Shown: positions 23,430-35,469 of the stretch, piece after piece | Position numbering within the stretch: the first letter of the stretch is position 1 | Layout of the letters: every line of letters starts with the position of its first letter | Notes under the pieces: generated by a model | Databases searched by the model: none | What the model was told of the DNA's origin: nothing | What the model saw: the letters and a program-made list of their open reading frames with translations, nothing else | Made by a program: the position numbers and the translations under genes | DNA from: Magallana gigas | Lineage: Eukaryota | Direction of reading: 5' to 3' | NCBI RefSeq assembly: GCF_963853765.1 | Contig: NC_088855.1 | Coordinates: forward strand, 4,340,001 to 4,404,000 | Length of the DNA: 64,000 nt

Positions 23430-24865
23430 TTTCAGAAAAACTTATTTATTAATACCATGACAATAATAAGATTTTAAATTGTACAAACAGTTTATATATT
23501 TTTTTAAAGTGGTATGTATTCCTACGCTAGAGTTCAATGTAGTCTCGTTCAACCAGACGCTTGGCTGTCTCCGTTAAGAGTCTCTCTTGCTTGTCGGAGA
23601 TAAACGGAGACAGCCGAGCGTTTGGTTGAACAAGACAAGAGTTCAATCTTGCCTGGATCTATATAATTTCTCAGAAATATTTCGATTACTGATATTACTT
23701 GCCATGCAAAATCACATATCGTTGATTTTGAATAAATGATAATCGATAAAATTAACTCCCTTCAGTACTTTGGTTGGTTTAGGGGGGTGAAAGTGGGTAG
23801 AGAAAGAAAAGGGAACACTAGCTATCAAAACGTCATATATATGTAAGTAAATACATAGTTATAAGCTGATAACTTCTTTTGACATAATTTGCTTACAATT
23901 TCCTTGCAGCTTTTATAAACACATTTTATAACATATCACAAATATTTTTCCAGCGCTTTCCATACTCAATTTACAATTCTTAAGCAACAATATTTTCTCA
24001 ATATGTATTATATCAGTGACAGTTCGTTTAAACATGAGCGTCGAAAGTTTTTGGATATTCTTATATTTACTGGCAAAAATAAATTGTTTTTCTTTAAGAA
24101 TCAATAAGTTTTGTATTCTACACATATTTCTATTTTTGAATTTACCGAAAAGTATTTAACTTGCTTCTAAACCATTCTTCAAAGTAGTGCCATATTTCTC
24201 TGACATGAAAACAATCAACAAATCAATGTTCTGTAGTTTCTATATCTTGATTACAGAAAGAGCATGCTGGTGAATCAATTACATCGAGTTTTAAAATGTA
24301 TTTATTTGTTGGCAAAATCCTATGTAAAATCTGGAATAGCAACAATTGAAATTTGGATTCTTTTAAGGTTTTAAATGGGAGTTTAAAAGTGTTATTCCAT
24401 TCTATTTCTGTATACACACATCCGGTATCTGTCCACTTCTTTACTGAAAGAATTGATCATTTTTTGTTATTTATACGTATACAATATATATCCTTATACC
24501 CTTTGCTTTGTTTGTAAGAAATACTGAGGGAACTTGAAATTAATGGTCCATATTCTACCTTATTATTTGTTTAGGCTTTCTATATCTCAAACATTGCCTC
24601 TTTCAAACCCATATATTTTTAAAGCCTTGGTCTTAACATTTGAGTTTCTGAGAGTTTCGATATAGGCTTACAAAATTGCTTTCGTCTGTCATCAAATCCC
24701 TAATAAATTTATACACAGGGTTAAAAAAATTCTTTATAAAAAATTATGAGTTATTAATTCTGATGTTTGGATTAAACAATATAATTATGTTTATTAAGCA
24801 CTTTTATGTCATTTTGGCTATAAGACTTAATAATTCTATTCCATTCTGATAGAACTTCTTTCCAA
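23430..24865 (-). mobile_element. 5'-truncated L1/Tx1-like non-LTR retrotransposon (ORF2 C-terminus plus 3' UTR)
   Basis: FWKEVLSEW and KFQLLLFQILHRILPTNKYILKLDVIDSPACSFCNQDIETTEH (zf-RVT-type C..C...H pattern), with stops and frameshifts. Confidence 0.8.
23539..23638. mobile_element. 100-bp palindromic MITE with 9-bp TSD (Mutator-like)
   Basis: Arms gtctcgttcaaccagacgcttggctgtctccgtt / aacggagacagccgagcgtttggttgaacaagac. Direct repeat GAGTTCAAT at 23530-23538 and 23639-23647. Confidence 0.85.
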
Positions 24866-25320
24866 AAAATAAAATCGTATTTACTAGTATTGCTTATTGC
24901 TAGCGCTCTCGATCGCTAGCAACTACGTTAGTCTTTTCACTGTAATACGCATGCTCGACTCCATGGTAGGAAATTCTGGGAATACTGTACTGCTGAAGAT
25001 AAACTGTGCCATTTGAATTTTGTTATTTCCATATTATGATAAATAGCTGGCTTATCTTAAATTCCTTTAAGCTTGGAAAACAACTTCGGATATGTTTTCC
25101 GAGCTTGCCGGAAAGGCCTGGGAAGATACGATTGCTATAACACAGTACTAATGGTTCTTGAAGATTTTCACATCGAAATGAAAATTACAGTAGATACATA
25201 ATGATTAAGGCACAGTCAGTAAGCTATGCCATTGCTGATGTGAAGCCCATTCTAGATTCACAATTCTAAATTGAGACCCCACTCTAGCACAATTCCAGTA
25301 CACCAATGTGTCTTCCTATT

Positions 25321-26018
25321 CAGGGATGGGGTAATTGAAAAAGTTATTTGTAATTGAGTGTAATTAATTAATTTTTTTTAAGTAATTGGAAATAATTTGT
25401 AATTGAGTCTGTCTTCAATTACAAGCAATTGAATGTATTTAAATACATGCCCAGAGCAACACGTAAAGGTCAAATTTGTCTAGGTGTGAACTTCTCTAAT
25501 ACCCAAGACCCCCCTATTTTAGTTTTAATAGAGTCTAAATGTCACATTCTTGTGAATTATAGTCATTATTATTTATATACTGATATGTTGTAATGCCCAA
25601 AGTTGTACTTTCTGAATAAACATATATAAGTGAAAAAAAATTAATTCACTATAGAGAAAACCTTGTTCAGAACCAAACATGAACTCAATGGTACTGAATG
25701 AATTTAGTGTTAAAGAAAGTTTTTATAGAAATTTCAAGAAATCTATAAATGATCATTAAACTTATCTCCAACCTTTAAAAACATAACCATGTATAAAGCC
25801 TTGTATATATTGATGCTGCTCATATATGTATATGTACTCAATATTTTTAAAAATAAAACTAACGTAATTGAATTGTAATTGATAACATTTATCAAGTAAT
25901 TGAGAATAAATAATTACATTTTAAAAATCAATGTAATTGTAATTGCTAGTAATTGAAAAAATTGTCAATGTATTTGAAAGTATTCAATTACTTTTCAAAG
26001 TAATTGACCCCAACCCTG
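25321..26018. mobile_element. hAT-type MITE (698 bp, 8-bp TSD)
   Basis: cagggatggggtaatt / aattgaccccaaccctg TIRs. Perfect TSD TTCCTATT at 25313-25320 and 26019-26026. Subterminal gtaattg repeats. Confidence 0.9.
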
Positions 26019-28318
26019 TTCCTATTGTTAATTAATCGGTTAAGAAATTTAAACCAATGTTTTAGAAATCTGCTCCTTTGTTTTATGATGGCTACAGCGC
26101 TAGCTCACCAATCTTATTAAAAATAAGCTTGTTGACAAAACTATTAAACAAGAAACAGTCAAAAGAAGTCATGGACATATGGAGAAGCTATGTACACGCC
26201 GAGTCTATAACACTTTCGGGATCTCAGCCGACGATGCTGATATAATTGATGTTTTGAAAACTAGATTCAAAGAATGCTGTGAACCACGTAAGAACTTAAC
26301 ATACATCAGACATGTGTTTTTCACGCGGAACCAGGGTCCGGATTAACCCATAGACAATTACTTGAAGGATTTGAAAACCAAAGCGCAGCCGTGTGAATTT
26401 GGAAATTTATCTGACGGACTAATCAGATAGAATAGTTTGTGGAATTCATGATAAAGCGTGTCGTGCACATTTACTCAGAGAATCGAATTTGATATTGGCG
26501 AAAGCTATCGATGTATGTAGGGCTCAGGAAATGAGTACAAAACAGTTAAAGTCCCTGAAAGTTAGTGAAGAACAAACAGTAGCGGCGACAAGTCAGTCAA
26601 AAAGTGGACGAAAGGTCAGCTCGCAAAATTATAGTAAACATACAAAACATGCAAAACAAAGAACTGGAAATCAAAGGCCGGACAGTACTGATGGAAGGTC
26701 ATGTTTTAATTGTGGAAGAAGACACAAGAAAGATGCATGTCCTGCATTTGGGAAAACTTGTCATCATTGTCAGATAAGAATCATTTTGCGAAATACCGTT
26801 TGACAGAATCATCATACAACTCAAAGAAAATTCACACCGTTGGAGTACCAGACGATGAAGACTCGTACGAGGATACAGAACTTTTCATTGGAACCATACA
26901 GATTAACACAGTGAATCAAGACCAGAGAGATTGGATTGAAACCTTGACCATCAATGACCACCATACAGACTTTAAGTTAGACACAGGTGCCCAAGCTAAC
27001 ATTATTCCGAAACATGTCTTTACAAGTTAAATTTGAATGACCAACACCTGACAAAGACAAGCGTCAAGTTGGTTTCATATGGCGGAACTGAAATTACATC
27101 GAAGGGTATCAAGACTTTGGAGTGTTCTGTGTGTGGCGAAAAGTACGTCTTGTCATTTTTCATAGTGGATGCGAATACTCAAGCAATTCTGGGAAAGAAG
27201 GCCTGCACAGAAATTTGATCTATAAGGAAAACCTACTAAAATCATATGAAGATGTTTTCAAGGGACTCGGAGAACTTCAACATTGACGACACTGTTACTC
27301 CAGTCATTCATCCACCGAGGAAGGTCCCTGTCGCACTCCGTGATAATGTGAAAAACGGAACTTCTGAGAATGGAACAGTTAGGAGTTATCGCGAGACGAG
27401 ATGAGCCCACCGATTGGGTACACAGTCTGGTTACAGTCCGTAAACCAAACAAGGTAAGACTTTGCATTGATCCAAAGGACTTGAATCGTGCAATTAAGAG
27501 AGAGCATTACCACTTAAAAACAGTCGACGAAGTGATTGAAAACCTTCCGCAAGCCAAAGTGTTTTCGAACCCATGGATTTTGGCACATCAAACTTGATGA
27601 GCCCAGTTCAAAGCTGTTGATATTCAATACCCCATTTGGTCGGTACAGATACCTGCGTTTACCATTTGGAGTAAGCTCTGCAGCAGAAGTGTTTTCTAAA
27701 CGAGTTCAAGAGATGTTTTTAGACTTAAAGGGCGTAGAGTGCATAGTAGACGACATCCTAGTATGGGGAGAGACCATTGCTAAACACGATTCCCGGGTAC
27801 AACAGATGCTACAAAGATGTCGCGAAATGAACTTTAAGTTAAACAAAAGCAAAGTGGAGTTCCATATACATGAAGTGAGGTATATCGGACATTTGATTAT
27901 GAACAGTGGTATTAAGGTAGACCCTGAAAAAGTACGAGCGATAGTAGACATGCAAGCACCAAAGGACGTGCCAGGAGTCAGGCGCATTTTAGGCGTCGTA
28001 CAATATGTAGCTAAGTTCATTCCGAAATTGTCTGATGTGACTGCACCACTTCGTACACTCCTTCAACAAGACGTCGAATGGCATTGGGATACACTCAGCA
28101 GGAAAGTTTCGACAGACTGAAACAACTAGTCTCCAGCGCAGCAGTGCTCAGTATATATGATGTGCACAAGCCTGTTACAATTTCCGATGACGCAATCTCC
28201 AAGGGACTTGGCGTAGTCCTTCTCCAAGATGGACATCCGGTAGCATTCCAGTTCGAGGGCTTTAACAGAGACACAGAAGAGGTACACTCAGATTGAACGT
28301 GAAATGCTAGCTATCGTA

Positions 28319-28524
28319 CGGTGGTTTCATTAATATTCAAGAGTATCAATTTTCGTGGAAAAATTGAAAATCACAGTTTCAAGGGTACGTAAATTCGTGG
28401 CCAATGGCCCTATTGATACACAATATTAATAGGTATTGCACTTTATTGAACATTAAATTTCATGGATCAACTTAACAGCAAAATCCACGAAAATTGGTAT
28501 TCAACGAATATTGATGAAACCACA
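28319..28524 (+). mobile_element. ~205-bp MITE inserted in the Gypsy RNase H region
   Basis: TIR gtggtttcattaatattc / gaatattgatgaaaccac (17/18). Gypsy coding flanks EMLAIV on the left and RKVTMET..KPL on the right. Confidence 0.85.
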
Positions 28525-30198
28525 TGCCGAAAGGTGACCATGGAGACGAATATATATAAACCCCTTGTCGCGATCTACCACAAACCACTGTATCGAGCGA
28601 CACCTAGACTTCAACGAATGCTTATGAAGTTACAACGCTATGACCTGAAGTTAGTGTATGTACCAGGAAAGGATATGCATATTTCAGATGCATTGAGTCG
28701 GTCTTACCTGCAAGAAACTCCTGAGATTCTAGTGGATGTTGAGGTCGATGTTGATTCGATTGAGGCACAACTACCCGTGTCTTCAGCAAAACTACAGCAA
28801 CTCAAAAAGGCGACTGCTGCTGATGAGACATTTCAAACGCTGAAAAATACCGTTTTGATTGGTTGGCCAGTCGACAGATCAAGTGTGCCATTGAACATCT
28901 TACAGTATTGGAACTACTGTGATGAAATTACTGTCATCGATGGCCAACGACTCATGGTGCCAATCAGCTTGAAAAAAGAAATGTTCAATAAGTTACACAA
29001 AGCAACGTTACCCAACATGGGTATAGTGAAAACACAGACAAGAGTACGACAGCTGTTGTTTTGGCCTAAAATGAACCAGGACATTGAAAACTTTATGGGA
29101 CAATGTGCAGTTTGTAACAAGTACAGGAATTCCAACTGCAAGGAACCTTTGATATCACAGGAGATGCCTTCACGTCCATGTTCAAAAGTTGCTACAGATA
29201 TGTTCCAGTTTAAAGGCTCTGAATACTTCCTGTGTGTTGACTACTACTCCAAATTTCCTGAAATTGTCCGTATGTCGTAAACTACCAGTTCACAAACAAT
29301 CACATGTTTCAAATCTCTGTTTGCTCGTCATGGCATTCCGACAGAACTATTTACGGTAATGGACCTCAGTTCTCGAGTTATGCATTCAGGAAATTCGCAA
29401 CTGAGTGGGTCTTCATTCACACCACCTCAAGTCCCAGATACACGCAATCGAATGGCCAGGCGGAGAGATGTGTCCAGACCGTCACGAACCTGCTCAGAAA
29501 AGCTGACGAATCCGGAGGCGAGATCTACGCCAATCTTATGAACTACCGCGCATCGCCGATTGACGGAATAGGACTGTCACCATCGCAGCTACTCATGAAC
29601 AGACAGTTGCGTAAAGTTACCAATCACAGCTGACTTGTTGAATTCGAATGCTGTTGAATCCTGCAAACCTCAACTTATTGCACGCCAGGTGAAACAAAAG
29701 TACTAGTATGACCGTCATTCCGGAACGTTACCCAACATCAACAAAGACGAAATAGTTCGCGTACAGAAAGATTCAAAACAGTGGGAGCCAGCCATAGTAG
29801 ACCAGAAACTTGCAGACAGATCGTACATAGTCCGCACGGGTGACAATCAGCTATACCGCAGAAATCGCAGACAACTTCTGAAGACCAGAGAAACTACTCT
29901 GCCGTCTGCCGTCTCTGATCATTCCGAAACAATGTATGACGCACCACCACAGAGTCATTCAGAACCCGATCCGCCAAACACCACACCTGCGAAACCAAAC
30001 CCACATGAAAGTGCTGCCACTCCACACAGAGAGCGCAGACCACAGCGAACACTGAGACAACCAAAACATCTGGAGGATTTCATTTGTAAACAAACTGTTA
30101 ACTGGTTGATACATACGTGTTTATGGTTAGACATGGTTTTTTTTGGTTCAATATTAGTAATCTTTTCAAGAATGGAAAATATTTTTTTAAAGGGGAGA

Positions 30199-30339
30199 TG
30201 TTATGTTATTGCATTATTATTTGTTTATTGACATAAGCGACAGTCTGTATCAAAATGATTATCTGTGATGTAAGCACCTTGTCACGTGATCTTTTGAGTA
30301 AAGAGTTTGAACGCCATTATTAAGTGTTGTGACTTTACA
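30199..30339 (+). repeat. 3' LTR of the Gypsy element (ends at CA 30338-30339, or alternatively CA 30348-30349)
   Basis: Starts TG directly after the polypurine tract. The sequence beyond it aligns to paralogue D coding sequence. Confidence 0.7.
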
Positions 30340-30582
30340 AAAATAAACATTTTGAATGTAACAGTAGAATGTGAGCGTCAATTTGACTATTACAATGCTC
30401 AATATGTTTCAGAAATGTAAATAATTGTACAAACTGATATTTTGAGTAAAGAGTTTGAACGCCATTATTAAGTGTTGTGACTTTACAAAAATAAACATTT
30501 TGAATGTAACAGTAGAATGTGAGCGTCAATTTGACTATTACAATGCTCAATATGTTTCAGAAATGTAAATAATTGTACAAAC
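30287..30582 (+). repeat. Near-perfect 148-bp tandem duplication spanning the LTR/host-gene junction
   Basis: 30287-30434 is repeated at 30435-30582. Confidence 0.9.
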
Positions 30583-31130
30583 CCAACTACAGAGTAGACT
30601 CATCCAAAGGGTATATATCAATTCCAAAAGTGTTAAAAAAACGTTGTGTGAGAATACATAAGTAATATATCTGCCGTCAATATCGGATATCCATTTACAT
30701 CTGTTGTGGAAAAATCGTATGCCAACCACATCGTTATCTTCATCGTATTATTTTACCTACTGTTTTTATCCACTTGCAATGTAAATAACATTTTAAATAG
30801 AGGACAGAAAAATGCGCCAAGGATTTTATTATATGTCGGAGTCTCCTTATGGTCCATCTGTATTTTGTAAAAGAATTCTTTTCGCAGGCAATAATAAATA
30901 CCTCGCAACATTGCGTGTTATTTTGATCGTAACAGTCTTAACAACTTTAGTTTACTACATAAAATCAGAAGTCCACGATCTCTGTAAATGCCTGTTAAAG
31001 TCTTCAAATGATAATCAGAGTTTTATGCACGCTGAAAACATCTATATTAACTCACCGGAACTTGTATTTTGGGGAGCTGTGCATTTCGTGGTAATAAACG
31101 TATGCATTTTGGTGAATTCAGATGGTATTC
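30340..31130 (+). pseudogene. Paralogue B: internal fragment of the membrane-protein gene, closest to paralogue D
   Basis: Aligns with about 61200-61870. ORF 30812-31135 differs from D at 8 of 105 residues. Upstream part has stops and a ~20-bp deletion. Bounded by the Gypsy LTR on the left and a HINE-like repeat on the right. Confidence 0.9.
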
Positions 31131-31281
31131 CTTGAATTTCTTCCTTTAAAGAAGGCGAGGAACTTCATTTTAACAAGCTTGAATTTCCGATGATGTTATA
31201 TGCTAAGTTTGGTTGAAATAGGCTAAGTTTTTCAAAAAAAGTCGAAAATGTTTAAATTTTACTGGCGAAAGTACGAACGGG

Positions 31282-31315
<34 letters not shown>

Positions 31316-31350
31316 CAGGACAAAAACAGACAACACATAAAGGTTTTACA
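31131..31350 (-). mobile_element. Helentron/HINE-like fragment with (CAGA)n
   Basis: tgctaagtttggttgaaat..., gtcgaaaatgt..aa and cagacagac microsatellite in the reverse orientation of 34540-34690. A HINE-like end (ggcgaccgttaagg..ggcctcttg) lies at about 31750-31769. Confidence 0.6.
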
Positions 31351-31859
31351 AGAGCCGAGAGAAAAGAAAATGAAAATTTTGTCAAAGAAATCTATTTAAA
31401 AAATTAACTTTGGTGGGGGGATGTCAAATTTTGTCGTATAATTAACATGTATTTCTGAGAGAACTGGAGTCACTTGGGTAACCATTATATAAATTGCGCC
31501 TTTTTGGGAGAGTAAGAGTTGTAATTGACACCCCGGAAAACCATTGTCAACCGGTTCTTTTTTACAAAAAGTTTGCAATTAGACACTGGAGCTAGGGAAT
31601 GGATAAATCGAGATTCCTTTGACTCCCCTCCCCTCCGCCTTGATTTTATGAATCAATACATTTTAAATATCAAATAATAAAAGCGGGAGCAACAATCAAA
31701 CGAGTCTCGGAATATTTTTGGTCTGTCTATTTAACAGCTGTGGTACTTAGGCGACCGTTAAGGTATCGAGGCCTCTTGCTAATAAAGTGTTGCGTTTATT
31801 CTCCAGCTTTTCCATTTTTTCTCCATTTTGACACCACTCGAGGAAAGGAATCAAATCTT

Positions 31860-33310
31860 CCCTTACCAAAGTAAAATTATTGCTGCAACAATGCCGCAAT
31901 ATTGCGGCTATATTGCAGCAACACATTTTTGTTACCAGAAACCAGATTTTGAGACTAGTGAAATGTTGCCGCTAGCTGCAACAACTTCTGGTAACATTTT
32001 GGCAATACTGCCGGAGTGTTGCCGCTAGCGGCAATAACTTCTGGCAACATTCTGGCAATACTATTAGAGTTATTTCTGTAAAAAATTATATTAACATGCA
32101 CCTAGAATATTGCCACTAGCTGCAACGACTTCTGGTAATATTCTGGCTACACTCAGTATCATACTGCCAGAAATAATTTTCTGGTAACATCTACATGACA
32201 TTGTATTTGATCATTTAAATCATGAACTAATGTATAAATTATATATATGATTCGATCTGGCAATACTGCTCGGCATCATATTTGATTTCTGCTTTAATTA
32301 TAATTTAAGGATCGAGAAGCCGAGCAGTGGAGGGGGGTTACAAAATTGTCAATTAATTATTTCGATATGATTTCAATTATAACACCTCAAAATTTGCCAG
32401 AAGTACAGAGAGTGATTTAATTAATCATGTTGATATTGACATTAAGCTAACATAATACAGAAAAGGATAAATACATTCAATACACGTAGATTAAATTTTG
32501 CAAATAATATTAGTTTTTATTTTGAATTAAAAGATTAATTTATTTTTTTTCTTTGCCTGTTGTTTTCTATACATTACATGCATCTACAATACAAAGACCT
32601 TTGGAAATTTTAAATCATCTATTTACCTACTGAACACTTGGAATATACATCTCTCTCATTATTACACACATGCTCCAAGTTTTTAAAAATAAAATATTTT
32701 ATAAAAATAAAAAAAAAATCCTACCTACCTACCCTAATTTTTTTGGTCAAGTGACAGGAAACAGGACTATTTTTTTTTTTGGCCTTATGCAAATGAATTG
32801 TCAGAAGGGTGTTGCAGCAAAATTTTTGCTGTAACACTTTTCTGGCAATATTGCTGCAATCTCAAGTATTGCCAGAAAGGTGTTGTCGCAACAATATGTT
32901 GCAGCAAAACTTTTGCGGCAACATCTTTCTGGCAATATTGCCGCAATCTCATTTGCATACGAAAAACGCTACTGCAGCAACATTGCCGCAATGTATTGCC
33001 AGAAAGGTGTTGTCGCAACAGTATGTTGCAGCAAAACTTTGGCGGCAACATCTTTCTGGCAATATTGCCGCAATCTCATTTGCATACGAAAAACGCTACT
33101 GCAGCAACATTGCCGCAATGTATTGCCAGAAAGGTGTTGTCGCAACAGTATGTTGCAGCAAAACTTTTGCGGCAACATCTTTCTGGCAATATTGCTGCAA
33201 TCTCATTTGCATACGAAAAACGCTACTGCAGCAACATTGCCGCAATGTATTGCCAGAATGTTGCTGCAGTATTGCTGCAATAATGCAAGAATGTGTTGCC
33301 TGAAGGGTTA
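31860..33310. mobile_element. Putative CCC-terminated non-autonomous TIR element with repetitive arms
   Basis: ccctt... at the left and ...gaaggg at the right. Both arms are made of gcaaca..tctggcaata modules with an AT-rich core between them. Confidence 0.5.
32807..33290. repeat. Minisatellite of 127-bp internally palindromic units, about 4 copies
   Basis: gcagcaaaac recurs at 32901, 33028 and 33155. Each unit has ggcaacatctttctggcaata and its inverse tattgccagaaaggtgttgtc. Confidence 0.9.
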
Positions 33311-33914
33311 ACATATAAATATGCAGAGATAATTTTCAGAAATTTTCTTCTCAAAGACTAATTGGTCAGCAAACTGTAACTTGTGTAGGGCCACCATGGG
33401 GCGGAGGGTGCAAATTTTACGTCTATAATACAGTGTGCATGACAATCGTGGTTGAATGTGGATAAACCCGTGTATGTAAACAATGCGCCTCAAATTTCTA
33501 AAGTGTTCCGTTCTTCGCGAAAATGTTGCGATCTGTCACAAATTTTAATTTTATTCGCGGAATTTCGGAGCAATATCGTTAAGATTTTACATTTTGCATA
33601 AAGATTCCGCACTAAATCGTTAAAGGAACGCGTTAATTTATAAAAAGAATCGTTTTTTACCTAGTTGGAATGGGCTCAACGGGTTCTCGTAGTTAAGTAA
33701 TTATAAGTTCTGGGCTTAAGTATGTAGGTATTGGCTATTTTCAACTTATTCATGAACATGGTTCCCAATTCCTAGTAAAATATTCTTTAGCTTTTGAAAT
33801 TTTGAAATATATAAAAGCAAGATGTGTATTAAGTAAATATATACGCCTTTAAAAAAGTTGAAAAGATATTTTTTTTTCATTTAAAACTATTTTTTTAGGT
33901 TTTTAAATATGCCT

Positions 33915-34062
33915 ATTTGTGCATCACGATCGATCGAATTTAAATTTGATCGGTAAATTCAATGGCACGTCTTTAGATTTAAAGGTTAAATTTAACTGGT
34001 GGAAAAACAGAGATTAAGAAGAAGAAAGTGCTATTAACTACTCCACGTTCAATGATGTAAGT
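33915..34062 (+). promoter_or_regulatory. Putative first exon and splice donor of paralogue C
   Basis: gatcgaatttaaatttgatcggtaaat matches 56455-56480. Ends ATG AT|GTAAGT (AT 34055-34056). Phase matches acceptor AG|G at 36660-36662. Confidence 0.72.
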
Positions 34063-34959
34063 AAATTAAACTTTAGGAATCGACTTTGTATTGTTTTGCG
34101 TAATTGATAAATGACTGTTCGCGTCGCCTTAAAAGTGAATGGGGTTGATGTCTCGTTATTAAAAGAGATATATATGATGAGTTTTTACCAGAATAAGGAT
34201 CACTATACATAACCGAAGCTACAATATATGACAGAAGTTTTAAAATTCAAAAAACATCTTTTAGACGGACTGTAACTCTGATTCAGTACTCGATCTTTTT
34301 TATAATCTTGAGTTCTGAATTTCTTAAACATGTAAACATTTAATAAAGAATTGATTTCATTTACTGAAGCCAATCAAAAAGCTGTACGAAATTTTAAACA
34401 GATGCAACATTCTTAGTTAACATGAGTTGACAGTTGAGAGCTCAGGTGAGCTTTCCTAACAATCTAATTAAAATTAGACTTTTGATCCGCCCCAAATATA
34501 ATGTGGTGATATACCAGGAGAGAATCTAATCAGACTGCTTTTCTTATCACCTGTTTTCCGGCGTCTGTCTGACCATCTGTCTGTCTGTCCGTCCGTCTTT
34601 AACCGTTTTACGTTTCTATTTCCTCTTCAGAACCACTGGGCCAATTCCAACTAATTTTGGTACAAAGCACCCTTGAGCGAAAGGAATTAATGTTATTTAA
34701 GTACATCGTAATAACAATACTTTCACTGCTTTCAAATTTTAAAATGTTTACAATATTTAACCAAATATTACGTGTAAGAAAATTTTGCAAAGATAAAAAG
34801 TAAATGCATAATTATCATCCGTGTCACTCTCTACCTAGAATGTGAAATTCTTGGCCTTTTAATCAGGGGGTCGGGCCCCAAGGCTGGGCCAATATGGCTA
34901 ATAGAGTAAAAAAAATGATTTTTTTAAAAATAATTTCTCCACTTCCATATTTTTTGCCA

Positions 34960-35320
34960 GTGCCTTTCAAACTCTGAGAATCTACAGTTTTTTTAGCAAA
35001 ATATATTTCTCTACAGATATTCTGTTTTTCATTATATTTTCAAGTGCACTGAAATTCAGTTTTGGAACTTCTTTATAACTACTTACAAATATGTATTGTT
35101 TTATTATTAGAATTAAAAGGTAATGTACTTTATACAAATTTCTCTCTTTATTTTTTCCAAATAAAATTGGGTTTTTTTCAAATGTTACTTGCATTTCAAA
35201 TTTCCTTAACCACCACTCCATAGTTCCGCATAGTTCCAAAAGTTCTTTTACACAATAGCAATCTACAAATAAGTGTTCAATAGTCATTAACTCTTTTACA
35301 AAAGGAGCAGACTGAAATAA
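34960..35320 (-). mobile_element. L1/Tx1-like ORF2 C-terminal fragment
   Basis: CSFCK..TIEHLFVDC..V..WW and LILIIKQYIF....F..LENIMKNRISVEKYI motifs. Confidence 0.75.
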
Positions 35321-35405
35321 AAAAAAATATGTGACTTATTATTATGACATACTTGTTATATTTATCAGATTCAATATGTAATATAAAGTACTAACCCCCC
35401 CCCCT

Positions 35406-35407
<2 letters not shown>

Positions 35408-35463
<56 letters not shown>
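35408..35463. repeat. (CA)n microsatellite
   Basis: Perfect dinucleotide run. Confidence 1.

Positions 35464-35469
<6 letters not shown>

Larger units (their letters stand above)
26200..30339 (+). mobile_element. Decayed Ty3/Gypsy LTR retrotransposon lacking its 5' LTR
   Basis: Gag EPRKNLTYIRHVFFTRNQ and CFNCGRRH..CPAFGKTCHHC knuckles, protease LDTGAQAN, RT CIDPKDLN...IVDDILVWG, RNase H, integrase zinc finger CAVC and core GNGPQF, in Gypsy order. PPT aaaggggaga, then TG at 30199. Many stops and frameshifts. Confidence 0.93.

Noticed and set aside
30262-30277. gtgatGTAAGc in the Gypsy LTR as a replacement AT|G donor for paralogue B
   Set aside because: There is no matching acceptor or signal-peptide exon downstream and B is frameshifted. 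Probably coincidence.
32785-33314. Cys-rich 143-164-aa ORFs in several frames
   Set aside because: They arise from the 127-bp repeat, whose length is not a multiple of 3. ORFs occur on both strands with no gene context.
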